DNA of 63,536 nt, filler included, from Octopus bimaculoides (lineage: Eukaryota), in the NCBI RefSeq assembly GCF_001194135.2. It is 8 parts of 7 records of this genome, joined end to end, with 100 filler letters (N's around TTAATTAATTAA, not from the genome) between each part and the next. Parts side by side here need not be neighbours in the genome. Positions count along the whole stretch, not along the records: positions 17,456 to 43,389 come from NC_069003.1; positions 43,490 to 51,769 come from NC_069004.1; 6 more parts are not named here. One strand, 5' to 3'. Positions within the stretch are counted from its first letter, which is position 1. Each line of letters begins with the position of its first letter. A program made the translations under genes and the position numbers. Below the pieces are notes generated by a model. It saw only the letters and a program-made list of their open reading frames with translations, ran no database searches and was not told the DNA's origin. Below are positions 38,649 to 49,822 of this stretch, piece by piece.

Positions 38649-38808
38649 AATTACAGAATTGGAAGAGCATCAGGAGGAGCTGATGTCGACCAGTGTCGAT
38701 CAAGCAACCAAGTTTGTTGCTGAGAGGAATCAAAGACTGCAGGTGGAAATTTTGTTGCAGCAGTCACAACAGCAACTGAGTTCACTGCGAGAGAAAATGC
38801 AACAGGAT
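38649..38808 (+). CDS. GOLGB1: Giantin-like golgin exon (160 bp, starts phase 2)
   Basis: ttttgttag|A ATT ACA GAA...CAG GAT|gtaaga; encodes ITELEEHQEELMSTSVDQATKFVAERNQRLQVEILLQQSQQQLSSLREKMQQD. AERNQR resembles the vertebrate giantin EERDQR segment (recalled). Confidence 0.8.
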
Positions 38809-38859
38809 GTAAGAGATGGTTTTATGTTTTCGGGGGGACTCCAAGAGATGCACAAAGAA

Positions 38860-39010
38860 AATGTTAAGCGGTTGGTGTTAGGAAGGGTATCAAGCTGTAG
38901 AAACCATGCCAAAGCAGATATAGAACCTGGCTTTGGCTTTTTTCTTGAATCATCCAACCCATGCCAGCATGGGAAAATGGATGTTAGATAATGATGATGA
39001 TGATGGTGAT
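38860..39010 (+). mobile_element. RTE-type 3' tail repeat (family E), degraded
   Basis: gttggtgttaggaagggtatcaagctgtagaaa...catgccagcatggg...(gat)n. Confidence 0.7.
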
Positions 39011-39015
39011 GAATG

Positions 39016-39219
39016 TACGAAGGGGTGCTGAAAAGTTCCTGATTTTGGGTTAAAAGAATCAGTTAATCATGATTTTATCCAACATATTTTCTCTCTCAGA
39101 TTCACACGCTTACTGCAGTGGGTCTTCAGTTTTTCTGTAAAAGAACTCAGAAGGTTGGGCCTCCAACAAGACCTTTTGTGATACCCTTAAAGGCAAGAAC
39201 TTTGCAGCATCCCCTCGTA
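39016..39219. mobile_element. 204-bp non-autonomous mariner derivative (MITE)
   Basis: Terminal inverted repeats tacgaaggggtgctgaaaagttcctg / caagaactttgcagcatcccctcgta with TA ends; the interior resembles a decayed mariner C-terminus on the minus strand. Confidence 0.8.
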
Positions 39220-39513
39220 ATTCTATCATAGTTGAAACTGTCAGGAATTTTGGACTCTGTCCTGTACACAGATGCCTCTCTTTATACTGTTTTATCTGTG
39301 TGGACACTGCATGGTGCTTCGAATTTGTATATGATTAGTGTATATTGATTAGTGGTGGGCCTTCTGGACCCATGGGGTATCCCAGTATGGCCACTCCTTA
39401 TGACGACACTGTGTGTTGTGTACAGTGTGTGTATGAGTGTGTTGTATGGAAATGTATGTATACAAGTGTGTCAGTGTGTGTGTGTATGTGTGTGTTTGTG
39501 TGTGTGTGTATGT

Positions 39514-39549
<36 letters not shown>

Positions 39550-39610
39550 ATGTGTGTAATTGTGTCTTATATTTTAAAGGTTTGTCTCACTGTGTCTCTC
39601 TTTTCTCCAG

Positions 39611-39668
39611 TTCAAAATCGAAATGGATGACGATCCAGACAGAATTCTTCAAGCGGAACCACTCTTAG
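39611..39668 (+). CDS. GOLGB1: Giantin-like golgin exon (58 bp, phase 0-1)
   Basis: tcttttctccag|TTC AAA ATC...CTC TTA G|gtgagt; encodes FKIEMDDDPDRILQAEPLL. Confidence 0.75.
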
Positions 39669-40060
39669 GTGAGTCTTATTGCTCAGTCAACTGAAATAGT
39701 TCCTGTGTTGGTTTCATTTAGCCTTGCCATATCCCAGCTTTCAGGTCCAAATTCCATTGCGGAGTGAATTTTATTTCTCNNNNNNNNNNNNNNNNNNNNN
39801 NNNNNNNNNNNNNNNNNNNNNNNNNNNNNNNNNNNNNNNNNNNNNNNNNNNNNNNNNNNNNNNNNNNNNNNNNNNNNNNNNNNNNNNNNNNNNNNNNNNN
39901 NNNNNNNNNNNNNNNNNNNNNNNNNNNNNNNNNNNNNNNNNNNNNNNNNNNNNNNNNNNNNNNNNNNNNNNNNNNNNNNNNNNNNNNNNNNNNNNNNNNN
40001 NNNNNNNNNNNNNNNNNNNNNNNNNNNNNNNNNNNNNNNNNNNNNNNNNNNNNNNNNNNN

Positions 40061-40205
40061 TGTGTGTCTATGTTTGTCCTCCAAAAGAGACCGATAGAAT
40101 AAGTACTAGACTTACAAAGAATGAGTTCTGGGGTCGATTTGCTCGACTAAAGGCGGTGCTCCAGCATGGCCGCAGTCAAATGACTGAAACGATAAAAGAA
40201 TAAAA
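40061..40205 (+). mobile_element. 3' half of a family B SINE after a gap
   Basis: gagaccgatagaataagtactag...gcagtcaaatgactgaaacgataaaaga. Confidence 0.8.
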
Positions 40206-40384
40206 GAATATATGCACACATGCCTTCATATGTATTCATACATAGAGCACACACACACACACACACACACACACATTATTTGATATATTTTCTTCATTTG
40301 TTCCATATCACAATTTTAATTCAAGTATTTCTCACTGTATCAAATTACCTCTCTTTCCATGACCACCTCAACTGTGTCTGCCAG

Positions 40385-40439
40385 TCCGTCAAGGAAGTAA
40401 CTATTGTCATCGCATACAACGCTGGATGAAAGTGAAAAA
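40385..40439 (+). CDS. GOLGB1: Giantin-like golgin penultimate micro-exon (55 bp, phase 1-2)
   Basis: tgtctgccag|TC CGT CAA...GTG AAA AA|gtaagt; encodes (V)RQGSNYCHRIQRWMKVK; exactly reconciles the phase-1 and phase-2 neighbouring exons. Confidence 0.65.
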
Positions 40440-40499
40440 GTAAGTAGAACATTTTTCTCCCTCCAAATCTTTGTTTTTTGGGGTATTTTGGATAAAAAT

Positions 40500-40800
40500 T
40501 ATTGTTGATGACATAAGGAGCATGTAACATTTAAATAATGGCTTTGTCTTTTAGCGTCATAAGGATTATGCTTGACGTCATAAGGAACTTGGAAGATTTA
40601 AACCCTGTTATTTTTTGATGTTAGAAGGAGCATGTGATATTTAAATGATGGCTTTGTCTTTTAGTATCATAAGGAACTTGGAAGATTTAAATCATTCTTA
40701 TGCTTGATGCCATAAAGAGCCTGGAATATTTAAATCTTGTTATTTTTCAATACTATAAGGGGCATTTAAATCATGTTTTTGATGTCATAAGGAATCTATT
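40500..40800 (+). repeat. Degenerate ~40-bp minisatellite
   Basis: Recurring cataagga...atttaaat units, about 7 copies. Confidence 0.65.
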
Positions 40801-41245
40801 GGAGATTCAATGTAGTTGTAGTTTTTCATTTCTGAATTCTTTTCTTTGATTGTTACTGGAATAATTTCTCTCTAAAACTGGATTATCTCCTTCCTGTTGC
40901 TAATCTCCACTCAGCTATAAAATAAGAAGCAGAACCTGTTATATGTCCATAGGACAAACATGGAGCAAGCGGAGTTCTGTGGTTAACCCCTAGAATACGA
41001 CAGCCGTGATAACAGCAGCAGCAGTAGTAGTAGTAGTAGTAGTAGCAGCAGCAGCAATGTGTTGTGATTGTTTATATGAGGTCAGCCCTGATTGAACAGA
41101 ATTTAGGACCAAATACATTCCAGCCCTGATCACTTACGTGTCTTTCTTTTCCTGAAAATGTTAGGGGTGATTTGAAGGAGATTTGACTGCTGTTTCATAT
41201 AAGTTGGATGATCACACAGAGTTTTCCTTGTCAGCTTGTGTGTAT

Positions 41246-41291
<46 letters not shown>

Positions 41292-42284
41292 TGGGGGGAA
41301 ATAAATATTCGTACATGTCAAAATTCTTTATTTATTTAATTTCTAATGAACATAAATGGCATAAACCAATACTATATTTGCATACACATACATAAACTAA
41401 GAATATGCAAAAGAAACTAATAAATTATAGTAACTAATGAATTTATATACAAATATATATCGAAACAAGTGTCATTTCTGTTTTGTTAGCCAGTGTATAT
41501 ATAAAGAAACAACTGTAGTATAATACCGTTTCTGTTTTACTACACATTTAAACAATTTAAGTTCTAGATTATGATATGTTAAAGTTGAAAGAAATGTTAA
41601 TTAATGTTTTTAATGTTAATTTATTTTTAATTTGAATGTATCGTTCCATCCTTGTATTGTTAAACGCTAGCTTTTTTGTTGTCTTAATTTGTTTGCTTAA
41701 AATTGGGCTTAGTTCATTAAAGCTTATGTAATTTGCTTTTACTCTGCAAGCATTTGCTGTATGTCTGTTGTCTGTATTTGTATTGTTGTAACCTCACTTG
41801 CTGGTTTTACATGTTTTGTGTTGGGGAAATTACTTTGATTATCATCATCACTGCAGAAATTGCATTGCACTTCAGGTTAAGAGATTCTTAGCATTCTTTG
41901 CTTTCCTCCAAGGTGCTGACCTGCCGGACAAATTGCTTACTGGCATGTCATCCGGCTTTGAGTTCTGAGTTCAAATGCCAATGTGGTTGACTTTGCCTTT
42001 CATTCTTTCGGGGTTGAGACAGGGAGTACCAGTTAAACACTGGGGTTACTGTAACTGACTAACACCTCTCCACAAAATTTCAGACCTTGTGCTTACAGTA
42101 GAAAGGTCTGTTTGTTTTCTTACAAGGATTGGCAAAAATTGTTGGAACATCAGAGTAGTTCAGTGTTGTATTTGTTTTGACTCTTTACTGTCCAGGTTCA
42201 AATCCTGCCAAGGTCAAATTGCTTTCATTCTTTGTGGATTGATGAAATATAGTGCCAGTCAAGTACTGGGGGCAGTTTAAATTG

Positions 42285-42322
42285 AGTTGGATTTGGTAGA
42301 TGGAAACTGAAAGAAGCCTATC

Positions 42323-42384
<62 letters not shown>

Positions 42385-42598
42385 GTATGTATTTGTTTGT
42401 GTCTGTGTTTGTCCTCCCTACCATTGATTGAGAACTAACGCTGGTGTGTTTATGCCCCCATAACCTAGCAGTTCGGCAAAAGAGACTGATAGAATAAGTA
42501 CTACGCTTACAAAGAATAAGTCCTGAGGGTCGATTCATTCGACTAAAGGTGGTGCTCCAGCATGGCCACAATCAAATGACTGAAACAAGTAAAAGAAT
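42285..42598 (+). mobile_element. Family B SINE, 5'-truncated, with expanded internal (AT)n
   Basis: gatttggtagatggaaactgaaagaagcc-(AT)n-...atcaaatgactgaaacaagtaaaaga. Confidence 0.8.
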
Positions 42599-42868
42599 CT
42601 GCCAGAAAACAGAATTGGTATTTTCTGCAATGAATGCTATGTGGTGGTCATGGTGGGAACATTTCTGTCTGTTGGTGTCGCCTCCTTTTTTGTTCTCCAA
42701 GCTCCAACTCCCATGTCATCTGTGCCTTGATGTCCCCTTTCTGGACACTTCTCTTTCTCTTTCTCCATGCTGGGGCTTTATGGTTGTCACATGTAGGCGG
42801 ATCATGCATGCTTCAGTTGTTGTGATTTTTTTTCTCTTTCCTAACAGGGAATACTTCTGCTTTTCCAG

Positions 42869-42980
42869 CCGCCACTTGCAACGTCTGCTGCGGTTCCGTC
42901 CCAACCTCCGTTCCATTATCTGGTTCTACTTCCTCTTGTTACACACCGTCGTCATTGCCTGTTTCGCTGGTTACTTGTAA
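42869..42980 (+). CDS. GOLGB1: Giantin-like golgin last coding exon with tail-anchor transmembrane domain
   Basis: Acceptor ttttccag| at 42868 (alternative in-phase acceptor ctaacag| at 42847); encodes RHLQRLLRFRPNLRSIIWFYFLLLHTVVIACFAGYL*. This resembles the human giantin end YFLMIHVLLILCFTGHL* (recalled) and has the Y-x4-H motif of giantin/golgin-84/CASP. Confidence 0.85.
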
Positions 42981-43389
42981 TTAATTCGAAAGCATTTCAT
43001 ATCCACCCTGACCATCACCGCCAAAAGAAAAAAAAGACCACAACAACAACAACAAACAAACAGAAAGAGAAAAAAATGAAAACGACTCAGTTTTTGAATG
43101 TGGACCAGTGGAGAAATTTGCTGATTGGTCATTCTCATAATGGAAACTAAAGCCACCACCATCTTGGTGGTATCAACATCATCATCATCATCATCATCAT
43201 CATCGTCATCAACAGTTTACCAGTCAAAGTATAGAAATATTGAGGTGCCTGTACAAGTCTGAGATCCAAAGATGGCCATCCTGTTGGAAAATTATAATAA
43301 AAAAAAAGTGCTGATTCCTAACGAAGGTCCTCGGTCACACATTCGGGGTTATACCCAATTACATCAATCATACTGACCCCCACCCCCAC

Positions 43390-43489
43390 NNNNNNNNNNN
43401 NNNNNNNNNNNNNNNNNNNNNNNNNNNNNNNNNTTAATTAATTAANNNNNNNNNNNNNNNNNNNNNNNNNNNNNNNNNNNNNNNNNNNN
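43390..43489. other. Artificial scaffold linker N44-TTAATTAATTAA-N44
   Basis: Same 100-bp linker; separates the giantin block from the SLC17 block. Confidence 0.95.
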
Positions 43490-45255
43490 ATATATAAGTA
43501 AAATTTAATTGCCAACATAATATGGCTGTCCTATATATATGTATGTATATATGTATGCATGTATGTATGCATGTATGTATGCAATCTGTATGTATGTATG
43601 CAATCTGTGTGGGTGTTTTTTTCAAAACAGTCTGGTTTAAAAAGCCACATCAGACGCCATGAAAGGGCTAAGGTGTAGGTGCAGGAGGTGGCCAAACTCT
43701 GTTTAAGGAGTAGACAACCACCATATGTATGCATGTATGTATGTAGAACGAGATTCTGCACAGTTTCCTTCTAACAAATTCACTTACAAAAGACTGGTCG
43801 GCCAGTGGGACTGAACCCGAAACCCAGTGGTTGTGAACTGAACCAGACGACCTACCTGCTTCATTGTTTCCATTTACGCAGTCACGCACTCAGGCAGTCA
43901 GTGCGCATGCGCACTCACACTGTATTTATAGCAAAACTCGGCGAGGCTTTCGTTTCCGCTTTCTGCTGCATGTCATCCGAAAGGAGGTCACTGGGTGACA
44001 GAGAACTGCAAACCTTGATGGTGTCATTGTCTCTTGTGTGCCAGTGCGGGTGTGCGGGTTTTTGTGGGTGTGTACGTGACTGCGTTGCGTGTGTGTACAT
44101 AAGCGTACCTTTGTCTTGCATGTGCGTATGTGTGGCTATGTGTGATGAGCGTGTGTGTACGTGTGTGTGCGTGCGTACTTGTGTGTATGAGTACAGATGT
44201 CATGTATGTACGAGTGCGTAAATTTATACTTGCCAAGTGACTATAATAACACACGCACACACACGAACCCCACATACGTACACACACATACACACAAACA
44301 GACGCACTCCCACACACACACGCACTCACACACGCGCGCGCACACACACGTCTTATTGTTTCAGTTATTGGACTGCGACCATGCTGGGGCACTGCCTTGA
44401 AGGGTTTTAGTCGAACCATTTGACCTCAGTACTTTTTTTTTTTTATCCTGGCATATATTCCATCGGTCTCGTATGCCGAACCGCTAATCAACGAAGACGT
44501 AAAAAAAAAGTCAACATGGTTGTCATTTCTTATAAATCGTAAGGACTAATATTATAATCATCTTTATCATAGTAGCGACGTAATAATTGATAAATGATAA
44601 ATGACCGTATCAATAATCAATCAAATTTTGTTATTTCGATCATTTCTCTGATGTAAAAACTTCGTCACGCACACAGATACACACAAGCGCGCACGGTCAC
44701 ACATACTCGATATACTCACTCAAGCAACACACACGCCTTATTGATATATATATATATATATATATATANNNNNNNNNNNNNNNNNNNNNNNNNNNNNNNN
44801 NNNNNNNNNNNNNNNNNNNNNNNNNNNNNNNNNNNNNNNNNNNNNNNNNNNNNNNNNNNNNNNNNNNNNNNNNNNNNNNNNNNNNNNNNNNNNNNNNNNN
44901 NNNNNNNNNNNNNNNNNNNNNNNNNNNNNNNNNNNNNNNNNNNNNNNNNNNNNNNNNNNNNNNNNNNNNNNNNNNNNNNNNNNNNNNNNNNNNNNNNNNN
45001 NNNNNNNNNNNNNNNNNNNNNNNNNNNNNNNNNNNNNNNNNNNNNNNNNATATATTCCTAGACGCACAGTAATCAATGTCATTATCAAGGTTTGTATTCA
45101 GACAACGTAATCCAATAAGTTCGTTGGCAATGTCAGTCGGTTCACGGCGAAATTGTAAGCCTGATCGAGTTTTACCACAAACACCTCGGTGTCTACATCC
45201 ACATAAATACTTACTCACACACGTATTCGTGTCTTCGTGTGTGTGTGTGTGTGTG

Positions 45256-45288
<33 letters not shown>

Positions 45289-45439
45289 ATAGAATCTCCA
45301 TATAACATGTTGATTTTTTTGACAGAACATTAGTTTTATATCAGTAAACATAAACACAAAAGATGACCAAGCCAGAGATATACAGATTAAAAGATAATAA
45401 TGGCCACCAGAAATCCGATGAGGGATTTGCGTTCATTAA

Positions 45440-45700
45440 ATAAGTTTCAGTCATTTGACTTCGGCCATGCTGTAGCACCGCCTTTAGTCGAACAAATCGA
45501 CACCAGGACTTATTCTTTGTAAGCCTAGTACTTATTCTATCGGGCTCTTTTGCCGATCCGTTAAGTTATGGGGACGTANNNNNNNNNNTCGGCCTGAGGC
45601 TATAGTAGAAGACACTTGCCCAAGGTACCGCGCAGTGGGACTGAACTCGGAACCATGTGGTTGGTAAGCAAGGTACTTACCACACAGCCACTCATACGCC
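45440..45700 (-). mobile_element. Family B SINE, centre collapsed or gapped
   Basis: Reverse complement of both the head (ttaccacacagccactc) and the tail (tttcagtcatttgac). Confidence 0.8.
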
Positions 45701-45738
45701 TTCAGTTGAACATTTCGTTACTCCCAACTTTAATGATA

Positions 45739-45877
45739 TATCGCCTGAAGAAATGAACGCATGAGCAAAGAGCCCACCTGATGTCTATGGATATTACAGA
45801 CTGTATTGCAATCATCTCAGGAATGCGGACTATGATCACAAAAAAACGTGTAATCTGTGGAAACGCGCGTAGCGATG
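45739..45877 (+). ncRNA. Candidate minimal type I hammerhead relic with long stem II region
   Basis: TATCGC-CTGAAGA-(about 108 nt)-GAAA-CGCGCGT-A-GCGATG: 6-bp stem I, palindromic ACGCGCGT, GUA site; stem II closing pairs not evident. Confidence 0.4.
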
Positions 45878-45907
45878 CATTCAAATATCTATAAATTCCA
45901 TCCATGG

Positions 45908-45970
45908 ATAATAATAATAACAACAACAACAACAACAACAATAATAATAATAACAATGACAATGATGATG

Positions 45971-46010
<40 letters not shown>

Positions 46011-46024
46011 TGACAATGATGATG

Positions 46025-46077
<53 letters not shown>

Positions 46078-46098
46078 TTATAATAATAATAATAATAA
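45908..46098 (+). repeat. Compound (AAT)n/(AAC)n/(GAT)n microsatellite
   Basis: Directly visible. Confidence 0.9.
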
Positions 46099-46384
46099 AT
46101 AGAGGTAACTCGAATGTGGAATCTAAAAACAGAAACAATTCCTATCATAGTAGGTGCCTTAGGTATAAAGAAATATTCAGACAAATACATAACAGAAACA
46201 CCAGGACTTGCAAATATATATAACATACAGAAAATTGCACTACTGGGCACTGCACACATCCTAAGCAAAACACTTTCAATACAGTAACCATAAGAGCATC
46301 ACAGCAAACCACAGCACATACCCAAGGCACACAGAGCTGCGCTCGGTAGTGAAGTGAAAGCACGTTATAAAAACAAAACTACTG
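46099..46384 (+). mobile_element. R4/Dong-type (RLE) non-LTR retrotransposon 3' fragment inside (AAT)n
   Basis: IEVTRMWNLKTETIPIIVGALGIKK...IQKIALLGTAHILSKTL* resembles the R4/Dong C-terminus; (AAT)n lies on both sides. Confidence 0.75.
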
Positions 46385-46654
46385 AACAATAATAACAATA
46401 ATAATTATATATNNNNNNNNNNNNNNNNNNNNNNNNNNNNNNNNNNNNNNNNNNNNNNNNNNNNNNNNNNNNNNNNNNNNNNNNNNNNNNNNNNNNNNNN
46501 NNNNNNNNNNNNNNNNNNNNNNNNNNNNNNNTATATATATATACATACACACATTCATATATACATACATACAGACGTATAGAAACACACCTACGTATTA
46601 CTAGATACAATAACAATGTCACGTGCACTTGCTTGTAAATGCTCAGTAAGCTAG

Positions 46655-48112
46655 TTAAACTGCTTTCTCTCTATTTGTGTCTTTGAGATGAACAGATACA
46701 CTAGACCCATCGCTACGCGCCCATTCTTGGATTTCTCCTCTTGCCATAGTTGCATACAACATTGCACCACACACACATATAGAAGCACACAACACAAACA
46801 CAATTTGCCATTCTTCTTGTGTACCATTTGGGGTTAAGGCTTTTGTAGTTAAAGAACTAATACTGCCAGACGTTGTGGCGAAAGTGTTCGCAATTCCAAA
46901 CACAATACCAGCATAACTTGGAGCAATGTCATTGTGGTTGACGAAAACAGAACCACTAGAAAACGATATTGTTATACCACTGAAAAACAAGAGGAGACTT
47001 ATTAGAATGGTTTGGTCACATTTGAGGAATCCTATGGCAATTAACAGACTTGCTGAACCTAACATAGATAAAGTGTGGAATAAAACTCGCACAGAACGAG
47101 TTGACAGATATTTCTTTGAACGTAAAACATCAGCAAGTTTCCCCCACAACGGTAAAGCAATGATTTGTCCAATCGAAGGAGCAGACGACATTAAACCGTT
47201 GGATGTTGTTTTAACGTGTAAGGCTTCTTTCATATATAGGGGAAGCAATGTCTGGAAAGATAAATCAGTCCAGCCATAAGCAAATAAACCAAAACTAATT
47301 GCCCACAAAGCAGGTGAGGAAAGCATTTGTTTCCAAGGTATTTTTTTAACTACTTTTTCACTTGTAATAGTTTGGTTTAAGTAGGAACGTTCTTCTTCGC
47401 TGATAGTTGGATGGACGTCTGGATTATCATAAACAACATAAAACCACACACAACTAAAAACCAAACATATTCCACCAAATATGTAAAATATAGAACCCCA
47501 TCCATGATCAAATCCATAAACACAAAGAAAACCTGATATTGAAAAACCTAATATATTACCGATAATTTGACCAGCCAGTGTAATCCCAACGAATAAACTA
47601 ATCTGTTCTGGGGGGACCCAACGTCCAAACAAGGACTGGATTCCTGGATATATCGATCCTAAAGCCACACCTGTTAATATCCTTAGAACCAGAGTAAAGT
47701 AACCACTAATTCGGGATAAACTTGGGTGAAGAATGGTCAAAATTGATGCTGAGAGAAATGAAACCCCTAAAACTCTTTTCCCACCATATTTGTCTGCCAA
47801 TACACCAGCCAAAATATTAGTTGATATGTATCCATAGAAGAAACCAGCCAACATGTTTGATTGTAACGTATCGCTCCATTCTAATTCCCCTTCATAATTT
47901 TGGTTAGAAGAATGATCATTTAAACCAGAACAATGTTGATCGTTTGTCGTATTGTTAAGTTCCTCAGTTGTACGATTGGGTGTTTTCAACATGCATACAA
48001 AAGCCATGCTTAGATCAACTCTTAATGTTTGCGTGAGAAGAAAAGCTATAGCACAGGCATAGCACAGTTTCCATCGACATGAATAATAACGCTTAGTGGT
48101 AAATTTCGACAT
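46655..48112 (-). CDS. Intronless SLC17 family (sialin-like) MFS anion transporter, 485 aa
   Basis: LRVDLSMA, GFFYGYI, LADKYGGKRV, RWVPP, YDNPDVHPTISEEERSY, PWKQMLSSPALWAI and NHNDIAPSYAGIVFGIANTFAT match sialin/SLC17A5 blocks; in-frame stop upstream of the ATG; orthology not resolved. Confidence 0.92.
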   Translation of the reverse strand: MSKFTTKRYYSCRWKLCYACAIAFLLTQTLRVDLSMAFVCMLKTPNRTTEELNNTTNDQHCSGLNDHSSNQNYEGELEWSDTLQSNMLAGFFYGYISTNILAGVLADKYGGKRVLGVSFLSASILTILHPSLSRISGYFTLVLRILTGVALGSIYPGIQSLFGRWVPPEQISLFVGITLAGQIIGNILGFSISGFLCVYGFDHGWGSIFYIFGGICLVFSCVWFYVVYDNPDVHPTISEEERSYLNQTITSEKVVKKIPWKQMLSSPALWAISFGLFAYGWTDLSFQTLLPLYMKEALHVKTTSNGLMSSAPSIGQIIALPLWGKLADVLRSKKYLSTRSVRVLFHTLSMLGSASLLIAIGFLKCDQTILISLLLFFSGITISFSSGSVFVNHNDIAPSYAGIVFGIANTFATTSGSISSLTTKALTPNGTQEEWQIVFVLCASICVCGAMLYATMARGEIQEWARSDGSSVSVHLKDTNREKAV

Positions 48113-49195
48113 AATTATGTTCTTTCGCTCGATTCTTACAATGTTTTGTTTGAAAGTATATCAATTGATGATTAAGATAAATCCTAAATGTTGAAACAAA
48201 TATTAACAGACAGTTGTGGCAGTGTAATGACCTATTTATTTTATTTGGTCATCGTATTATTTTCTTTGTTATAGCCACATCAGACAAAAGACGTTTGCTT
48301 GGTCTCAAATGTGCTTTTCATTGAATGAAATATGGTCTTCAAAACTGAGGATGAAGGTGCCTTTAGTACAGTTATATTTCACAGTAATTGTTATAATTTG
48401 CAATTTGTTATCGATAAACATGGATGTCATTTATCGATTCACATCAGTTACGATCATTTGATTACATATTTCGTTTCTATTTTACTTAGAAATACACGTC
48501 AAGACAAGATTACAATCGAGAAATAAAGTTAACTGACAAGGCGCAGCGATGTGACAGGAAGACACAGGTAACATGGAATCTAAGGTTCTTTTATACACTT
48601 TAATGTTTGGGAAAGCAACAACAACATGGCATCTTCCAGTTCCTTCTATGTCTGCTGTAAATATAACGCCTTAATAGCTATTTTAGAAAGCATTGAAAGC
48701 AATGTGGTAACTGACTGGTTATTGAAAAATGCGTGTTCAAATCCGCTTTGATTTGTTTAAGAATATTCTCAGTATGGCTGCGATATAGACTGGAAACCTG
48801 TATTTGCAATACAAAATGATTTCGTTATCTAGTTATACATTATATTAGTGCAGTATAACTGTGTGGTGGCGTCTACTGTGTAGTTTCTATTCCGTGTTGA
48901 GTAATTTTGTGTACTCCGTTCCTTGTGTTTAACAGAAGTCCAGCTTTAGGAAATAATAATTCAGTGAAAAATGTCTATGAAGTAGAATTGGTGAAATAAA
49001 ATTCTTCGAATATTTCTTTACATATCCTTATGTTCTTAGTTCAGGCAAGAATTAATCGATTGTGGTGCATACTCTGAAATGTAAGAAATCAATAGTAAAT
49101 CATTGGGATTAATATGGTTTCTAAAATTGATAACGTTGATAATATTATCGATTATTTATACATATAATGTTATTATACACAGCTGATAATATCAT

Positions 49196-49278
49196 ATCCC
49201 TGACGGTATTATAACGTTCGTGATCCCTGACGGTATTATACCGTTTGTGATCCCTGACGGTATTATAACGTTTGTGAT
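49196..49278 (+). repeat. Three 27-bp tandem units
   Basis: atccctgacggtattata(a/c)cgtt(c/t)gtg three times. Confidence 0.9.
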
Positions 49279-49549
49279 ATTATTTACTTCATAGTTCTTG
49301 TTATTTTGCACCTGTACAGGTAATGTCGATCTGATGGAGGGAGTCAGCTTATGTCTACACAAACATTTGATCCCTGTCTGATTGTTCGGCAAGAAATTTG
49401 TAGGCATATTCTGTCACACCGAACACAAGTACACACACACGTACACACACAGGCAAACACACACAGGCAAACATACTCACAAACACACACACATGCAAGC
49501 ACATAACACACACACAAATATGTAGGCATACTTTGTTACACTGAACACA

Positions 49550-49628
<79 letters not shown>

Positions 49629-49769
49629 GCTGTAGTGTATCGCATTGAAACAAAACAATGTTAATATGGCAGTAGAGTCGTTATATAATTGCATCGTCTA
49701 TATATAGTCTTACAGAAACACACACACACACACACTCACACACGCACACGCACACACACTCACACATGC

Positions 49770-49822
<53 letters not shown>

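Noticed and set aside
40953-40993. Possible terminal exon GQTWSKRSSVVNP* after 39668
   Set aside because: Weak acceptor; the 40385 micro-exon plus the TMD exon fit phase and homology better.
41913-41970. Possible exon after ttcctccaag
   Set aside because: The sequence is a decayed family A SINE head and stops within 20 codons.
43296-43301. AATAAA as the giantin polyadenylation signal
   Set aside because: It lies in an A-run in AT-rich sequence 90 bp from a scaffold end, so it cannot be distinguished from chance.
49196-49278. CRISPR-like array
   Set aside because: Eukaryotic context and contiguous units with no unique spacers.
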